DNA of 64,000 bases from Pseudomonadota bacterium (GCA_023431205.1 JAEYXQ010000160.1:28658-92657); one strand, 5' to 3'; shown: positions 7,255 through 17,371, counted from the first letter of the stretch. Numbers and translations are program-made. Notes: generated from the letters alone by a model not told the origin.

Positions 7255-8756
7255 TGCGGAGCCCAGTCAGGTTCAGGGTGAAGGGCACAAACCAGTACGT
7301 GCAGCCCGTCGCTTATGGTGGGTATGGCGCTGCTGGGCGTGGTGCCCGTCTGGTGCGATGGACGCCGCCGACATCGGGCCCCAATGCGGTGCTGGGCGAC
7401 AGCGTGGATTCGCTGCGCACCCGCTCTCGCGATGCTGTGCGGCAGATGGGTTATGCCGAGGCTGGCGTCGAGACACTGGTCTCGAACATCGTCGGCACCG
7501 GCATCAAGCCGCAGTTCACGACGCCTGATGCCCAGTTCAACAAGGAACTGGCCGCAGCCTTCCTCGAGTGGACCGACGAGGCAGACGCTGAAGGGCGACT
7601 CGACTTCTACGGGCTGCAGGCGCTGTCCGTTCGCTCCATGATCGAAGGGGGCGATGTGTTCGCCCGCATGCGGACACGGCTGCTCAGCGATGGGCTGTCC
7701 GTGCCGCTGCAGATCCAGGTGCTCGAGGCGGAATACGTCCCGACCGACAAGAACTCAGGCGGTACTGGCGCCAACGTGGTGCGCTGCGGCGTCGAGTTCG
7801 ACACCATTGGCCGCCCGTTCGCCTACCACATGCACCGGACCCATCCGAACGATGGCCCTTACATGGCGGTGTTGAACTCGCAGGCCACGTTCCCGGTGCC
7901 GGCCAGTGAGGTGGCGCATCTCGCCGGCATTCGTCGGCCTGGTCAGGTCCGCGGCGAGCCGTGGCTGACCCGGGCGCTGATCAAGCTCAACGATCTCGAC
8001 AAGTACGATGACGCACAGCTGGTGCGGCAGCAGATCGCTGCACTGTTTACCGGCTTCGTCACGGACGATGGTGAAGAGCCTATCGGCGATGAGGCCGACG
8101 TACTCGGCGGCGTCGTCACCACTGACGGCGAGACCGAGCTCGCCTCACTGGAGCCCGGCACAATGCAGGTGCTGCCTCCGGGCAGACGTATCGAATGGTC
8201 GGAGCCGCCCAGCCCCGGCGACAGCTACGAATCCTTCATGCGCGAGCAGAAGCGTGGCGTGGCCGTGTCGCTGGGCATCCTCTACGAGCAGTTGACCGGC
8301 GACTACGAGAAGATCAACGACCGCACCTTCCGGGCGGCGGTGAACGAGTTCCGCCGCCGCTGCGCCATGTGGCAGCACCACCTGGTGGTGTTCCAGTGGT
8401 GCCGGCCGCTCCTGCGTCGGTGGTCGGAACTGGCGGTGCTCTCCGGCCGCGTCCGACTGCCGGAGGGCATCACGGTGGGGCAGGTAGCCCGGGCCAAGTG
8501 GGTGCCGCAGGGCTGGGCCTACATCCACCCGGTGCAGGACGTGCAGAGCAAGGAGCTCGAGGTGCGCGCCGGCTTCCGCTCCCGCAGCGAGGTGGTGTCC
8601 GCCGACGGCTACGACGTCGAGCAGGTGGATGCCGAGATCGAGGCAGACAACAAGCGCGCCGATGACGCTGGCCTGGTGCTGGACACCGACCCGCGGAAGA
8701 CGACCCGCTCCGGCGCCAATGCCGGGCAGAACGATGAGCCGAGCGCTCAACCCTAA
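7254..8756 (+). CDS. Portal protein, lambda family
   Basis: 500 aa, LRTRSRDAVR, DFYGLQ, RPGQVRGEP, YEQLTGD motifs. Confidence 0.95.
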   Translation: MRSPVRFRVKGTNQYVQPVAYGGYGAAGRGARLVRWTPPTSGPNAVLGDSVDSLRTRSRDAVRQMGYAEAGVETLVSNIVGTGIKPQFTTPDAQFNKELAAAFLEWTDEADAEGRLDFYGLQALSVRSMIEGGDVFARMRTRLLSDGLSVPLQIQVLEAEYVPTDKNSGGTGANVVRCGVEFDTIGRPFAYHMHRTHPNDGPYMAVLNSQATFPVPASEVAHLAGIRRPGQVRGEPWLTRALIKLNDLDKYDDAQLVRQQIAALFTGFVTDDGEEPIGDEADVLGGVVTTDGETELASLEPGTMQVLPPGRRIEWSEPPSPGDSYESFMREQKRGVAVSLGILYEQLTGDYEKINDRTFRAAVNEFRRRCAMWQHHLVVFQWCRPLLRRWSELAVLSGRVRLPEGITVGQVARAKWVPQGWAYIHPVQDVQSKELEVRAGFRSRSEVVSADGYDVEQVDAEIEADNKRADDAGLVLDTDPRKTTRSGANAGQNDEPSAQP

Positions 8757-8770
8757 CTGAGGTTCACGAC

Positions 8771-9910
8771 ATGGCTGCGATCCTGGAAGACGGGAAGCTT
8801 CGGCTTTCCGGCTACGTCGGCGACTATTACTTCGAGGACGGATTCACGTCCGGCGACGTCGTGCTGGCGCTCGCTGAAATCGACGATGGCGCCGATCTCG
8901 ACGTCCACATCAACTCCGCCGGCGGCATTGCGACCGAGGGCGCGGCGATCCACGCGCTCCTGGCGGCGCGCTCCGGCACTACCAACGTGGTGGTCGAGGG
9001 CATTGCTGCTTCGGCCGCATCCCTGATTGCTATGGCCGGCGAGACGGTCACCATGTCGGCCGGCTCGGTGATGATGATCCACGATCCCAGCGGGATGACG
9101 TGGGGCACATCCGAGGATCACCAGAAGACCATCGAAGGCCTTGAAGCACTCGCAACGGCCTATGCCCGCGTCTATGCGGCCAAGTCCGGCAAGACCGCGG
9201 ACGAGTGCCGCGAGATCATGAAGGCGGAGCGCTGGTTCACGCCCGACCAGGCGGTTGCTGAGGGCTTTGCCGATGCCACCACCGAGCAGAAGGCGAGCGC
9301 CGTCGCGGCCTTCGACTACCGCATCTACGCCCATGCACCGCAGCGCCTGAAGACGCTCGCGAGCAAGAAGAATTGGTCCCTCGAGGCCAATGACCCAGCG
9401 GCCCCCGCCGCGTCACCCCGTCAACAGAAGGAGCCATCCATGGCGACGGACAAGACCCCGGCGGAGCTGAGTGCCGCCGATATCGACAAGGCCAAGGCGG
9501 ACGCATCCGCTGAAGCCACTAAGACCACCACTGCCACGGCAGCCGAGATCGTCGACATCTGTGTCGCCGCCGGCGTGCCGACCATGGCTTCCGCGCTGAT
9601 CCGCGAGGGCGTCACGGTCGACCAGGCGAAGGCTCGCACCGACACGGCCAAGGACATCCGCGCCGCCGTCGACCTCGCCCGCAAGTCGTGCCCGAAGATC
9701 GAGGCCAATGCCGCCGACGCGTTCATCGCGGCCGGCATGACCATGGATCAGGTCCGGGCCAAGCTGTTCGAGCAGATCACCGCCGCTCAGTCGCCGGAGA
9801 TCACCGCCACCCACCAGTCCACCACCGGCCACGATGAAGCCGCGACCGAGGCTGCGGCGATCGTCGCCAGCTTCCGAGCCGCCAACGGCCAGACCCAGAG
9901 GAGCGCATAA
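8771..9910 (+). CDS. ClpP-type head maturation protease with C-terminal scaffold region
   Basis: INSAGG, GIAASAASLIAMAG, MMIHDP motifs; Ala-rich C-terminal region. Confidence 0.93.
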   Translation: MAAILEDGKLRLSGYVGDYYFEDGFTSGDVVLALAEIDDGADLDVHINSAGGIATEGAAIHALLAARSGTTNVVVEGIAASAASLIAMAGETVTMSAGSVMMIHDPSGMTWGTSEDHQKTIEGLEALATAYARVYAAKSGKTADECREIMKAERWFTPDQAVAEGFADATTEQKASAVAAFDYRIYAHAPQRLKTLASKKNWSLEANDPAAPAASPRQQKEPSMATDKTPAELSAADIDKAKADASAEATKTTTATAAEIVDICVAAGVPTMASALIREGVTVDQAKARTDTAKDIRAAVDLARKSCPKIEANAADAFIAAGMTMDQVRAKLFEQITAAQSPEITATHQSTTGHDEAATEAAAIVASFRAANGQTQRSA

Positions 9911-9912
9911 CA

Positions 9913-10284
9913 ATGGTCGCGTCTTTCACCAGCCAGGGCACCTATACGCCCGACGGTCTCATCGTCGGCACCGACGATCTGCAGACCCGCCAGATCACCC
10001 TGATCAGCGGGCAGAACCTCGCCCGCGGCGCTGTGCTCGGCAAGATCACCGCCTCTGGCAAGTACACGCTGAGCCTGTCGGCCTCGTCCGACGGCTCGCA
10101 GACGCCCGCCGTGATCCTTGCCGAGGCCACTGACGCCTCCGGCGGTGACAAGGTCACAGTCGCCCACTTCGGCGGCGTCTTCGACGAGAACGCCATCACG
10201 CTCGGCACCGGCCACACCAAGGCATCGGTGCGCGAAGCCCTGCGTGATGTCGGCATCAAGCTCCAGTCCAGCATCACGAGGTAA
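9913..10284 (+). CDS. Head decoration protein (gpD-like)
   Basis: GAVLGKITASGKY...DGSQTP.VIL motif; position before capsid gene. Confidence 0.9.
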   Translation: MVASFTSQGTYTPDGLIVGTDDLQTRQITLISGQNLARGAVLGKITASGKYTLSLSASSDGSQTPAVILAEATDASGGDKVTVAHFGGVFDENAITLGTGHTKASVREALRDVGIKLQSSITR

Positions 10285-10290
10285 GCCGCC

Positions 10291-11328
10291 ATGGCCGTCG
10301 ATCTCTACAGCCCCGCGGTGCTCAACCGCGTTGTCCAGGACCTGAAGGGCGGCGTGCAGTCGTTCCTGCTGGACACCTTCTTCCCCGAAATCTCCGTCAG
10401 CACCCAGGAGGAAATCTTCTTCGACGTGCTGACCGGCAAGCCGCGGCTCGCGCCGTTCGTCTCGCCGCTGGTGGAAGGGCAGATCGTCCAGTCGCTCGGG
10501 TACAGCACCAAGAGCTTCAAGCCTGCCTACATCAAGGACAAGCGCGTCCTCGAGGATGGCAAGGCGTTCCGTCGCCAGGCCGGCGCACCGATCGCCGGTG
10601 CCGTCGACCAGATGGAGGCTCGTCGCCTCACTGTCGCGCAGGAGTCCCTGGATCAGATCCAGATGCTCACCCGCCGGCAGGAGTGGATGGCCGCCCAGGT
10701 GCTGCTCACCGGCTCGGTGACTATCACCGGCGAGAAGTACCCCACCACGGTGGTGAATTTCGGCCGCGATGCCAGCCTGACCGTCACGCTCACTGGCACT
10801 GACCTGTGGGACGATGCGGCCGGCGTGCCGCTGCAGGACCTGGAGGAGTTCGCGGACCTTATCCGCGCCGCTTCTGGTGCCAATGCCGTCGACGTGGTCA
10901 TGGCCGGCAATGTCTGGAAGGCCTTCCGCGGCAACGACGACGTCAAGGAGCTGATGGACAAGAGCGCAGGCCTCAGCGGCCGCACCAACCTCGACATCGG
11001 TCCGGACTCCACCCGTGCCGGCGCGACCTACAAGGGCACCGTCGGTGACTTCCGCATCTGGGTCTATGCCGACAGTTATGTCGACCAGACCGGCACCACC
11101 CAGAAGTACGTCCCCGACGACTACCTGGTCATGGCTGCGGCCGATCAGGTCGAGGGCGTGCGCCACTACGGTGCCATCCGTGACGAGGCCGCTGGCTTCC
11201 AGGCCCTGGACTACTACCAGAAGTCCTGGACCCATCCGGACCCGGCCGCCCGGTTCCTCATGCTGCAGTCGGCTCCCCTGGTGGTGCCGTACCGCATCAA
11301 CGCCACTCTTGCCGCAAAGGTGCTCTGA
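10291..11328 (+). CDS. Major capsid protein (lambda gpE family)
   Basis: FLLDTFFP, LAPFVSP, FKPAYIK, RRQEWMAAQ, QSAPL motifs. Confidence 0.95.
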   Translation: MAVDLYSPAVLNRVVQDLKGGVQSFLLDTFFPEISVSTQEEIFFDVLTGKPRLAPFVSPLVEGQIVQSLGYSTKSFKPAYIKDKRVLEDGKAFRRQAGAPIAGAVDQMEARRLTVAQESLDQIQMLTRRQEWMAAQVLLTGSVTITGEKYPTTVVNFGRDASLTVTLTGTDLWDDAAGVPLQDLEEFADLIRAASGANAVDVVMAGNVWKAFRGNDDVKELMDKSAGLSGRTNLDIGPDSTRAGATYKGTVGDFRIWVYADSYVDQTGTTQKYVPDDYLVMAAADQVEGVRHYGAIRDEAAGFQALDYYQKSWTHPDPAARFLMLQSAPLVVPYRINATLAAKVL

Positions 11329-11330
11329 CC

Positions 11331-11591
11331 ATGGCCAAGCTCATCGCTGAACACACGCTGAAGCGGAACAAGAAGTTCCTGAAGCCGGGCACCGAGTTCG
11401 ACGCCGAAAAGGGTGAGGCGGAGGCACTCATCGAAGCCGGCGCTGCATCCAAGAAAATGCGCGCCGTCGAGGACGCTGACGAAGGCACTGGCGATCCGGC
11501 GACGGATACCTCGCTGCCCGCGTCCGGTGCCACCCAGGCTCCCGATCCGGATGCCGTCGGTGCTGCTGCCAAGACCGCGAAGCGCCCCTGA
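11331..11591 (+). CDS. Small phage protein (gpFI-position)
   Basis: 86 aa directly after the capsid gene, low-complexity C-terminus. Confidence 0.6.
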   Translation: MAKLIAEHTLKRNKKFLKPGTEFDAEKGEAEALIEAGAASKKMRAVEDADEGTGDPATDTSLPASGATQAPDPDAVGAAAKTAKRP

Positions 11592-11594
11592 GCC

Positions 11595-11894
11595 ATGGAC
11601 TTCTCCGCACTCAACAGCGCCGTCCTCGACGTGTTCGGGGACGATCCTGACACGCTGCCGGTGACCATCGGCGGCGTGGCAGTGCGGGCGATCTATGACT
11701 CGCGGCACTTCGCAACCGAAGATGGTGAGGTCGGTTCGTCCGACCTCATCACCACCATCACGGTTCCATCCGCTGGGCTGCCGGCGATCACCGACGACAC
11801 CATCATCGTGGTGCGTGGTGAGCTCTACCGTCGCTGGGAAGTCCGTCCAGACGGGCAGGGGCTGACCACCATCCAACTCGAGAAGATGGCATGA
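11595..11894 (+). CDS. Head-tail joining protein (gpFII-like)
   Basis: 99 aa beta-rich, ends PDGQGLTTIQL; synteny. Confidence 0.75.
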   Translation: MDFSALNSAVLDVFGDDPDTLPVTIGGVAVRAIYDSRHFATEDGEVGSSDLITTITVPSAGLPAITDDTIIVVRGELYRRWEVRPDGQGLTTIQLEKMA

Positions 11895-12316
11895 CGCACA
11901 AGCGCCAACAAATCCGCGAGGCTGTCGTCGCGATCCTCGAGGCCATTCCTGAGTGGACCGGACGCGTGTTCCCGAACCGGACCCGGCCCACCGAAGCGGC
12001 TGAGCTACCAGTCGCGCTCGTCTACTCGCTGAGCGAAGACGCCGACGTGGTGACCATGGGCGGCACGCTGCAGCGGAGCCTGACTATTGCCATCGAGATC
12101 CGCGCCTCCGCTGTCGGCGCGATCGACAACGTCCTCGACGATCTGGCGCAGAAGGCCGAGCAGGCCATTGCAGCCGATCCGCGGCTCGGACGCCGCGCCA
12201 TCCATTCCCGCCTGTCCGGCACCACCCTTGGCCTCGACGGCGAAGGCGAGAGCCGCCAGGCGGTGCTCACCCTGACCTACATCATCCAGTACCAGACCGA
12301 CGGTTCCGGCAACTGA
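11891..12316 (+). CDS. Tail terminator / completion protein
   Basis: HKRQQIREAV..L, RVFPNR, ELP motifs; synteny. Confidence 0.75.
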   Translation: MTHKRQQIREAVVAILEAIPEWTGRVFPNRTRPTEAAELPVALVYSLSEDADVVTMGGTLQRSLTIAIEIRASAVGAIDNVLDDLAQKAEQAIAADPRLGRRAIHSRLSGTTLGLDGEGESRQAVLTLTYIIQYQTDGSGN

Positions 12317-12326
12317 GGAGGCCGCC

Positions 12327-12569
12327 ATGGCAGATATCGACACGCCGTTCACGGCGGTGAAATACGTGAAGGTGACTAAGGCCACCGGCCTGCTGCCGGA
12401 TGGCACCTGCAAGGGCCTGCGCGTCGGCACTGCCGGCACGGCAAACCTGGTCGACGGCACCGGGACGCTGCGCACCGATGTTCCTCTATTCGAGGGCGAC
12501 AACCCGCTCGTCTGCCGCGAGGTCCGCACCGGCGGTACCGCGGACAACATCTGGGCGCTGTACGACTGA
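12327..12569 (+). CDS. Head spike base protein (RcGTA Rcc01079-like)
   Basis: 80 aa, KGLRVGTAG...PLVCREVRTGGTADNIWALY pattern; coupled to a fibre gene. Confidence 0.7.
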   Translation: MADIDTPFTAVKYVKVTKATGLLPDGTCKGLRVGTAGTANLVDGTGTLRTDVPLFEGDNPLVCREVRTGGTADNIWALYD

Positions 12570-14020
12570 TGCCCGGCATCGGGATAGGGGTGGGCGTTGG
12601 ACTCGCCCAACAAAAGGGCGGGGGTGCGTGGTGGCTTCCTGCTGCTCCGGTGGTTCCAACCCCAGATGGCGGCACGATTTATGTGTCTGGCGCGTCACCC
12701 ACCGCACTGCCAGCAGGAAACGACACAACCGGAAATGGCAGCGCTGCGTCTCCATACGCCACCCTTTCCAAGGCGATTTCCACGATTGCCACTTCGGGCA
12801 ACAAGCTCGTTCTTTGCGATGGGACCTTCGCGGAGAGCACCAATGGGGGCGGAAGATGGATACCCAACGCGCCATTCACAGCGCCGGTTGTCTTCCGGTC
12901 CTATAGCGGCTCGCCGGATGGCTTCATCATCTCGAATTCGTCGGGCACAACTGGCGTCATCAACCCACGCCTGTATCCAGTCTCAAACCTCTGGATTGTC
13001 AACGCAACCCTGCGCCCAACGACAGACACGCACACCATCCTCTATCTTCCGCTAGACGGGACCAACGTGGTGACGGGCCTGAACCTAGCCGACAGCGTAA
13101 TTGAGGTCCGCTCGTCCACGGGATCGTTGGCTGCGTTCTTTGCCTCGACGGATACGGCCCTGTCTGGCTTGCAGTTCATACGTTGCTCATTCAAGCGGGT
13201 AGCAGGTGCATCCACGGCGGCAAACCCCAATATTTTGGCCATCACGCCGAGCACCCTCACTTCGTCCGCGTTCCAACCGCATGCGTCCATAGGCATATGG
13301 TACTGCAATACAACCGATGGGCAGTGGAACGCTTTCGCTGCCAACTTGGGCGGCATCGATGGCCTGGACATTATTGGCAGTACGATCACAGCCAGCGTTT
13401 ACGCGCTGATGGTGGGACGCGACACCGCAGGTGGGACCTTCCCGCAAGTGACGAATGCCCGTGTCTGGGGCAACACTCTCGAAGCGACAGGCGCAAACGG
13501 ACACGGCCTTGAGATTGGGGAGAATGTGATCGGTGCCGATGTGGCGAAGAATATAGTCTCTTCCTCGCTGCAAGGCATAGTGGTCAAAGGTGCATCGGGC
13601 GCAGCGGTGCGGCTGAACACCGTCACACTGACAAACTCAGTGAACGGCACCGCCTTATATGCCAAGGCATCTCAGGATACTGCATTCACCCAGAACACCG
13701 TTGAGATCGGCGGAACCGGCGCTGCAACAGCCTTCCGCGAAGGCGTCGACGGTTCGACCAAGGCGGGGAATACCACGCTCACTGGCAACACCTTCCAGAT
13801 CAGCGGCGCGTCGGCCACTGCCCTTCAATGGGCCGATGGCACTGGATCTACGGGTGGCGCGGTGTCGAACGACAACAACATTACGCTGACTGACGGCGCA
13901 AGTTTGGGCAGTTTGCGAGGCACTGCGGTATCAACGCAGTCAGACCTTCCCGCCGCGTGGGCGGCGCATGGCCTTAGCGGCGATGATCCGTCCAACGACA
14001 GCAGGAGCTTGGTGGCATGA
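12569..14020 (+). CDS. Head spike fibre (Rcc01080-like anchor) with right-handed beta-helix, putative polysaccharide-binding/depolymerase
   Basis: N-terminal GIGIGVGVGL anchor; YVS...GNDTTGNGSAASPYATLSKA motif; N/T/G-rich beta-helix repeats. Confidence 0.7.
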   Translation: MPGIGIGVGVGLAQQKGGGAWWLPAAPVVPTPDGGTIYVSGASPTALPAGNDTTGNGSAASPYATLSKAISTIATSGNKLVLCDGTFAESTNGGGRWIPNAPFTAPVVFRSYSGSPDGFIISNSSGTTGVINPRLYPVSNLWIVNATLRPTTDTHTILYLPLDGTNVVTGLNLADSVIEVRSSTGSLAAFFASTDTALSGLQFIRCSFKRVAGASTAANPNILAITPSTLTSSAFQPHASIGIWYCNTTDGQWNAFAANLGGIDGLDIIGSTITASVYALMVGRDTAGGTFPQVTNARVWGNTLEATGANGHGLEIGENVIGADVAKNIVSSSLQGIVVKGASGAAVRLNTVTLTNSVNGTALYAKASQDTAFTQNTVEIGGTGAATAFREGVDGSTKAGNTTLTGNTFQISGASATALQWADGTGSTGGAVSNDNNITLTDGASLGSLRGTAVSTQSDLPAAWAAHGLSGDDPSNDSRSLVA

Positions 14021-14058
14021 TGGTCAAGGACAACGTGTCGGCGGGGCGGCGCAGACTT

Positions 14059-14334
14059 CTAGTTCGGCCGTCGAAGGCCGTGACGTATCTGCTCGATTGC
14101 GTCCTCAGCCAGAAAGCGAAACGCGGGGTCCATGTAAAGGGCGTGGAACCACGCAAGGGTCTGGGAGGCAGCGCCGTCCGTAGTCCAGGTGCAGTCGGTA
14201 AATGAGCACCCTTCGAGCTTTGGCTCTCCACCCGTGAATTCTATTTCGCAGTCGGTGAAGGTGCAGTTCCGAAATGTATCGCTGCCGAGCTTAACTTGCT
14301 TTCTGCTAAACGACTTGGCGACGTGTTCAGTCAT
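14059..14334 (-). CDS. Hypothetical protein (FRNCTFTDC short beta repeats)
   Basis: GGAGG RBS before ATG 14334; 91 aa. Confidence 0.65.
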   Translation of the reverse strand: MTEHVAKSFSRKQVKLGSDTFRNCTFTDCEIEFTGGEPKLEGCSFTDCTWTTDGAASQTLAWFHALYMDPAFRFLAEDAIEQIRHGLRRPN

Positions 14335-14508
14335 GATGCTCGAACCTCCAAAGCTGGGGAGTGAACGGCAGCAATGCGATGGTGTCAAATCCCCACACCC
14401 TCACATCATCTGGCAACCACCAGAAGGAACACACCGACACCGCACGGCAGACCATGGCAGGGTTGACATTGAAATCTGTATCCAACGAAGATCAACAACC
14501 GTTGGAGG

Positions 14509-15753
14509 ATGGATGCGATGACGACAGTCGGCACTAATCGTTACGTTGGCGTGGCGGGACGTTCAGAATACTTCAATCTCGATTACATCCTCGACAGCTT
14601 GTATGTTTACGCCGGTGATCAGCGCGATCAAGTGCGCGCGGGCCACGGTGGCAACTTGCTATACGGAGGCCTCGGCGCAGATGTACTCAGTTCTGGGTCC
14701 GGCAACGACACCATCTATGGAGACGAAACCTTCGGCGATGACGTGGGAGGTGGAGGCGACGTCGTCTGGGCAGGAGGTGGTTCGGATGCCGTATTCGGAG
14801 GCGCCGGCGACGACAGTCTTCACGGTCAAGATGGCGCTGACTACGTCTATGGTGGCGTCGGAAACGATTATATTGCCGGCGGCTATGGAGTTGATGTTCT
14901 CCACGGAGGCGCGGGCGACGACACCATTTATGGTGGGCGTGGCATAGTGTCGGACGGCTTTATCCATGCGTTCTTTTTTGGCTACGATGGTGTGACTGAC
15001 GAGTTTGGGACCACCACGGCTTACTACCCCGGTGTTCCCTATGGCCCGCCGGACGTCAGCACGGATGAGATATACGGCGGCGATGGCAATGACCAAATCT
15101 TCAGTAACGAAGGTGATGACGTCGCGTTCGGTGATGCGGGCAATGACTTCATAGATGGCGGTAGTGGGAACGACTACCTCTCTGGCGGTATCGGTGATGA
15201 CGTCGTTGCAGGAAATGATGGTACGGACGTTCTCTTTGGGGATCATGGCAACGACCGCGTCTACGGCGGCGAGGGCCAGGACCTCGCCTTTGGCGGGTCG
15301 GGGGATGACCTGATCTATGGCGAGGGCGGAGACGACTCCCTGCTCGGCGACGATGGCAACGACACACTTTTCGGTGGCACGGGCGCAGACTCGCTGAACG
15401 GCGGCGGGGGCATGGACTGGCTGGATGGAGGAGACGGTTCGGACTATATCATCGGCGGCGATGGCAACGACGTTCTCCATGGCGCAGCGGGTAACGACGG
15501 CCTCGTAGGAGGTTCAGGCCGCGACGTGTTCATGTTCCAGAACGGCGGCGGAGTCGACGTGATTACCGACTTTGAGCGCGGCCAGGACCTAGTTCAGTTT
15601 GGCGGTCTCTTCACCAACTTCTCTCAGGTACAAGCAGCAATGTCACAAAGCGGAGCTGACACTGTGATCTATGGCAATGCAGGCTCGGTACTGGTCCTGC
15701 AGGGCGTAGTGGCATCTTCCCTGACCAGCGGTGACTTCGCGTATCTCTTCTAG
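14509..15753 (+). CDS. RTX/hemolysin-type calcium-binding repeat protein
   Basis: More than 20 GGxGxDxUx nonapeptides; C-terminal DVITDF...GQD and LTSGDF type I secretion-like tail. Confidence 0.92.
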   Translation: MDAMTTVGTNRYVGVAGRSEYFNLDYILDSLYVYAGDQRDQVRAGHGGNLLYGGLGADVLSSGSGNDTIYGDETFGDDVGGGGDVVWAGGGSDAVFGGAGDDSLHGQDGADYVYGGVGNDYIAGGYGVDVLHGGAGDDTIYGGRGIVSDGFIHAFFFGYDGVTDEFGTTTAYYPGVPYGPPDVSTDEIYGGDGNDQIFSNEGDDVAFGDAGNDFIDGGSGNDYLSGGIGDDVVAGNDGTDVLFGDHGNDRVYGGEGQDLAFGGSGDDLIYGEGGDDSLLGDDGNDTLFGGTGADSLNGGGGMDWLDGGDGSDYIIGGDGNDVLHGAAGNDGLVGGSGRDVFMFQNGGGVDVITDFERGQDLVQFGGLFTNFSQVQAAMSQSGADTVIYGNAGSVLVLQGVVASSLTSGDFAYLF

Positions 15754-15790
15754 CCTGAAACTGGCTTTGAAGGGCTGCGCTTGCAAAACA

Positions 15791-15901
15791 TCAGAGGCGT
15801 TTGGACCAGCTTCTCATGTTCCGCTCGTGCTTGTGCCCAACGGAGAGGATCATCCCCACGCCGAGACTGCTGAACAGGCAGGTGACGAGCAACAGTTCCA
15901 T
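15791..15901 (-). CDS. Possible 36-aa single-TM peptide
   Basis: MELLLVTCLFSSLGVGMILSVGHKHERNMRSWSKRL; no clear RBS. Confidence 0.3.
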   Translation of the reverse strand: MELLLVTCLFSSLGVGMILSVGHKHERNMRSWSKRL

Positions 15902-16024
15902 GGCAAGTTCGCTAGCCAATGGCCCGAGCGCGGACCAGCACGACGGTAGTTAACCGTTAACCGTAAGGCAGCCGACAGCTGCCACCGCGCGGAGCATTTA
16001 GTCGAGTTGGGCAAGCCAGGACAG

Positions 16025-16309
16025 CTAGTCACCGGCCTGGGTCCCCTTGTGAATGCGTTTGGCACCCATCAGGGTCAATGGTGAAAACAGAGCGAATATT
16101 GGAATAGCCCCGACAATGGTCAGGAGCGCAGCCGTGATGATTCCTGTGCCCGACGGCATGCAGGACAAGAAATCTCCTGCCGGGAGTGTCGAACAATACA
16201 TGGCATCGAGCTCACCTCTCGCACCCTTCACAACGGCAAAAATGGCGACGATCAGTCCGCTGATGGCACAGGACGCCCATGCAAGCCGCCGCCAGCTGAT
16301 CATCGGCAC
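16025..16309 (-). CDS. Small 2-TM membrane protein
   Basis: GGAGG RBS; two hydrophobic segments flanking a loop with two Cys. Confidence 0.6.
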   Translation of the reverse strand: MPMISWRRLAWASCAISGLIVAIFAVVKGARGELDAMYCSTLPAGDFLSCMPSGTGIITAALLTIVGAIPIFALFSPLTLMGAKRIHKGTQAGD

Positions 16310-16408
16310 CCTCCAAAGGTGGCTCAGGTTCGCTGGAAATATTACAGAACATCACGACCAGATTGAGCCGGTGGGTCGTTTCCACCGTACAATCATCGGA
16401 GTTCCGAG

Positions 16409-16534
16409 ATGGCGCAGACGATCATAGGAACAGGGTCGCTCATTCTCGGATTGGCTGTTCTGGCCCTGTGTCTGCTAGGGCCACTGATACTTGCAGTCGT
16501 GTACGTCGTGCGACGAGTTCGAGGCCCGCGCTAA
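16409..16534 (+). CDS. 41-aa single-TM peptide
   Basis: GGAG RBS, MAQTIIGTGSLILGLAVLALCLLGPLILAVVYVVRRVRGPR; TACAAT upstream. Confidence 0.55.
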   Translation: MAQTIIGTGSLILGLAVLALCLLGPLILAVVYVVRRVRGPR

Positions 16535-16569
16535 CGCCAACTACCACCCCATCATCATCTGTGGCTCGT

Positions 16570-16977
16570 TTATCCGAGGCTGGCAGTCTTCATGCGATGG
16601 GCGACCAGGAGTTGAGAGACGCGGGTCACGGTCTGGTTCTGCAGCTCGGAGTGACCGAGCAGCATGTTCAGGAAGGCGAGCGGATCAGTGAATTCGAGTT
16701 CGGCCATCACCCGGTCGAAGCCGAGCTTACGGATAAGCGCGAGCATCGCAGCGGTGCCGGCGGCGGACAGGCGGGGTTCGTGCCCGCCGTCGCTTTCCCA
16801 TATGCCGTTGCTGGCCACTGTCGCGGGCGTCGGCGCCATGCGGTCGAGTAGCTGCGCCACGGCCTGGCGAACGAACTTGGAGCGGCCCTTGGGGCCGACA
16901 ATGGCATCCATCCTGTCCAGGAGGTCCTGCGGCAGGTTCAGATGCGTCGAAACCATGTAGAGCGGCGGGCGTCCCAT
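16570..16977 (-). CDS. Ribbon-helix-helix (CopG/Arc-like) DNA-binding protein with C-terminal extension
   Basis: MGRPPL..STHLNLPQDLLDRMDAIVG..GRSKFVRQAV. Confidence 0.75.
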   Translation of the reverse strand: MGRPPLYMVSTHLNLPQDLLDRMDAIVGPKGRSKFVRQAVAQLLDRMAPTPATVASNGIWESDGGHEPRLSAAGTAAMLALIRKLGFDRVMAELEFTDPLAFLNMLLGHSELQNQTVTRVSQLLVAHRMKTASLG

Positions 16978-17045
16978 GCCGGTAAGATGGGGGCGGGCGG
17001 TTAAGAAACCCGCCAAAGCGCCTGCAGCACAAAAGTGGCGGGACT

Positions 17046-17270
17046 TTAGTGTCGTGTGAGCTGCCAATTGGGCAGCGTCGCGAGCACAAGAAGGATGCCT
17101 ATTGCTGCTGCTAACGGGACGATGAAGCTGCGGCTGTTGAAGGGAGCAGGGATGCGGTCTTTGACCAGCGGCGCAATGCACAGCCCAATAGCGGCAGAGA
17201 CGAGAACATGTGCGGCTATGGCGATCATCAGCATGCGACCACAGATAGTGGGGGCGGCGGTTGGAGCCAA
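17046..17270 (-). CDS. Small 2-TM membrane protein
   Basis: Two hydrophobic segments; start uncertain. Confidence 0.5.
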   Translation of the reverse strand: MAPTAAPTICGRMLMIAIAAHVLVSAAIGLCIAPLVKDRIPAPFNSRSFIVPLAAAIGILLVLATLPNWQLTRH

Positions 17271-17371
17271 GTCTCCCTGCGCATCGGGGCTACTGGCTAG
17301 TTAAACCGCCCAGAGCGCCTGCACCACATGTGGGGGTGCCGAGGGCATCGCTGCCCCCCGGCATCGGGTGC

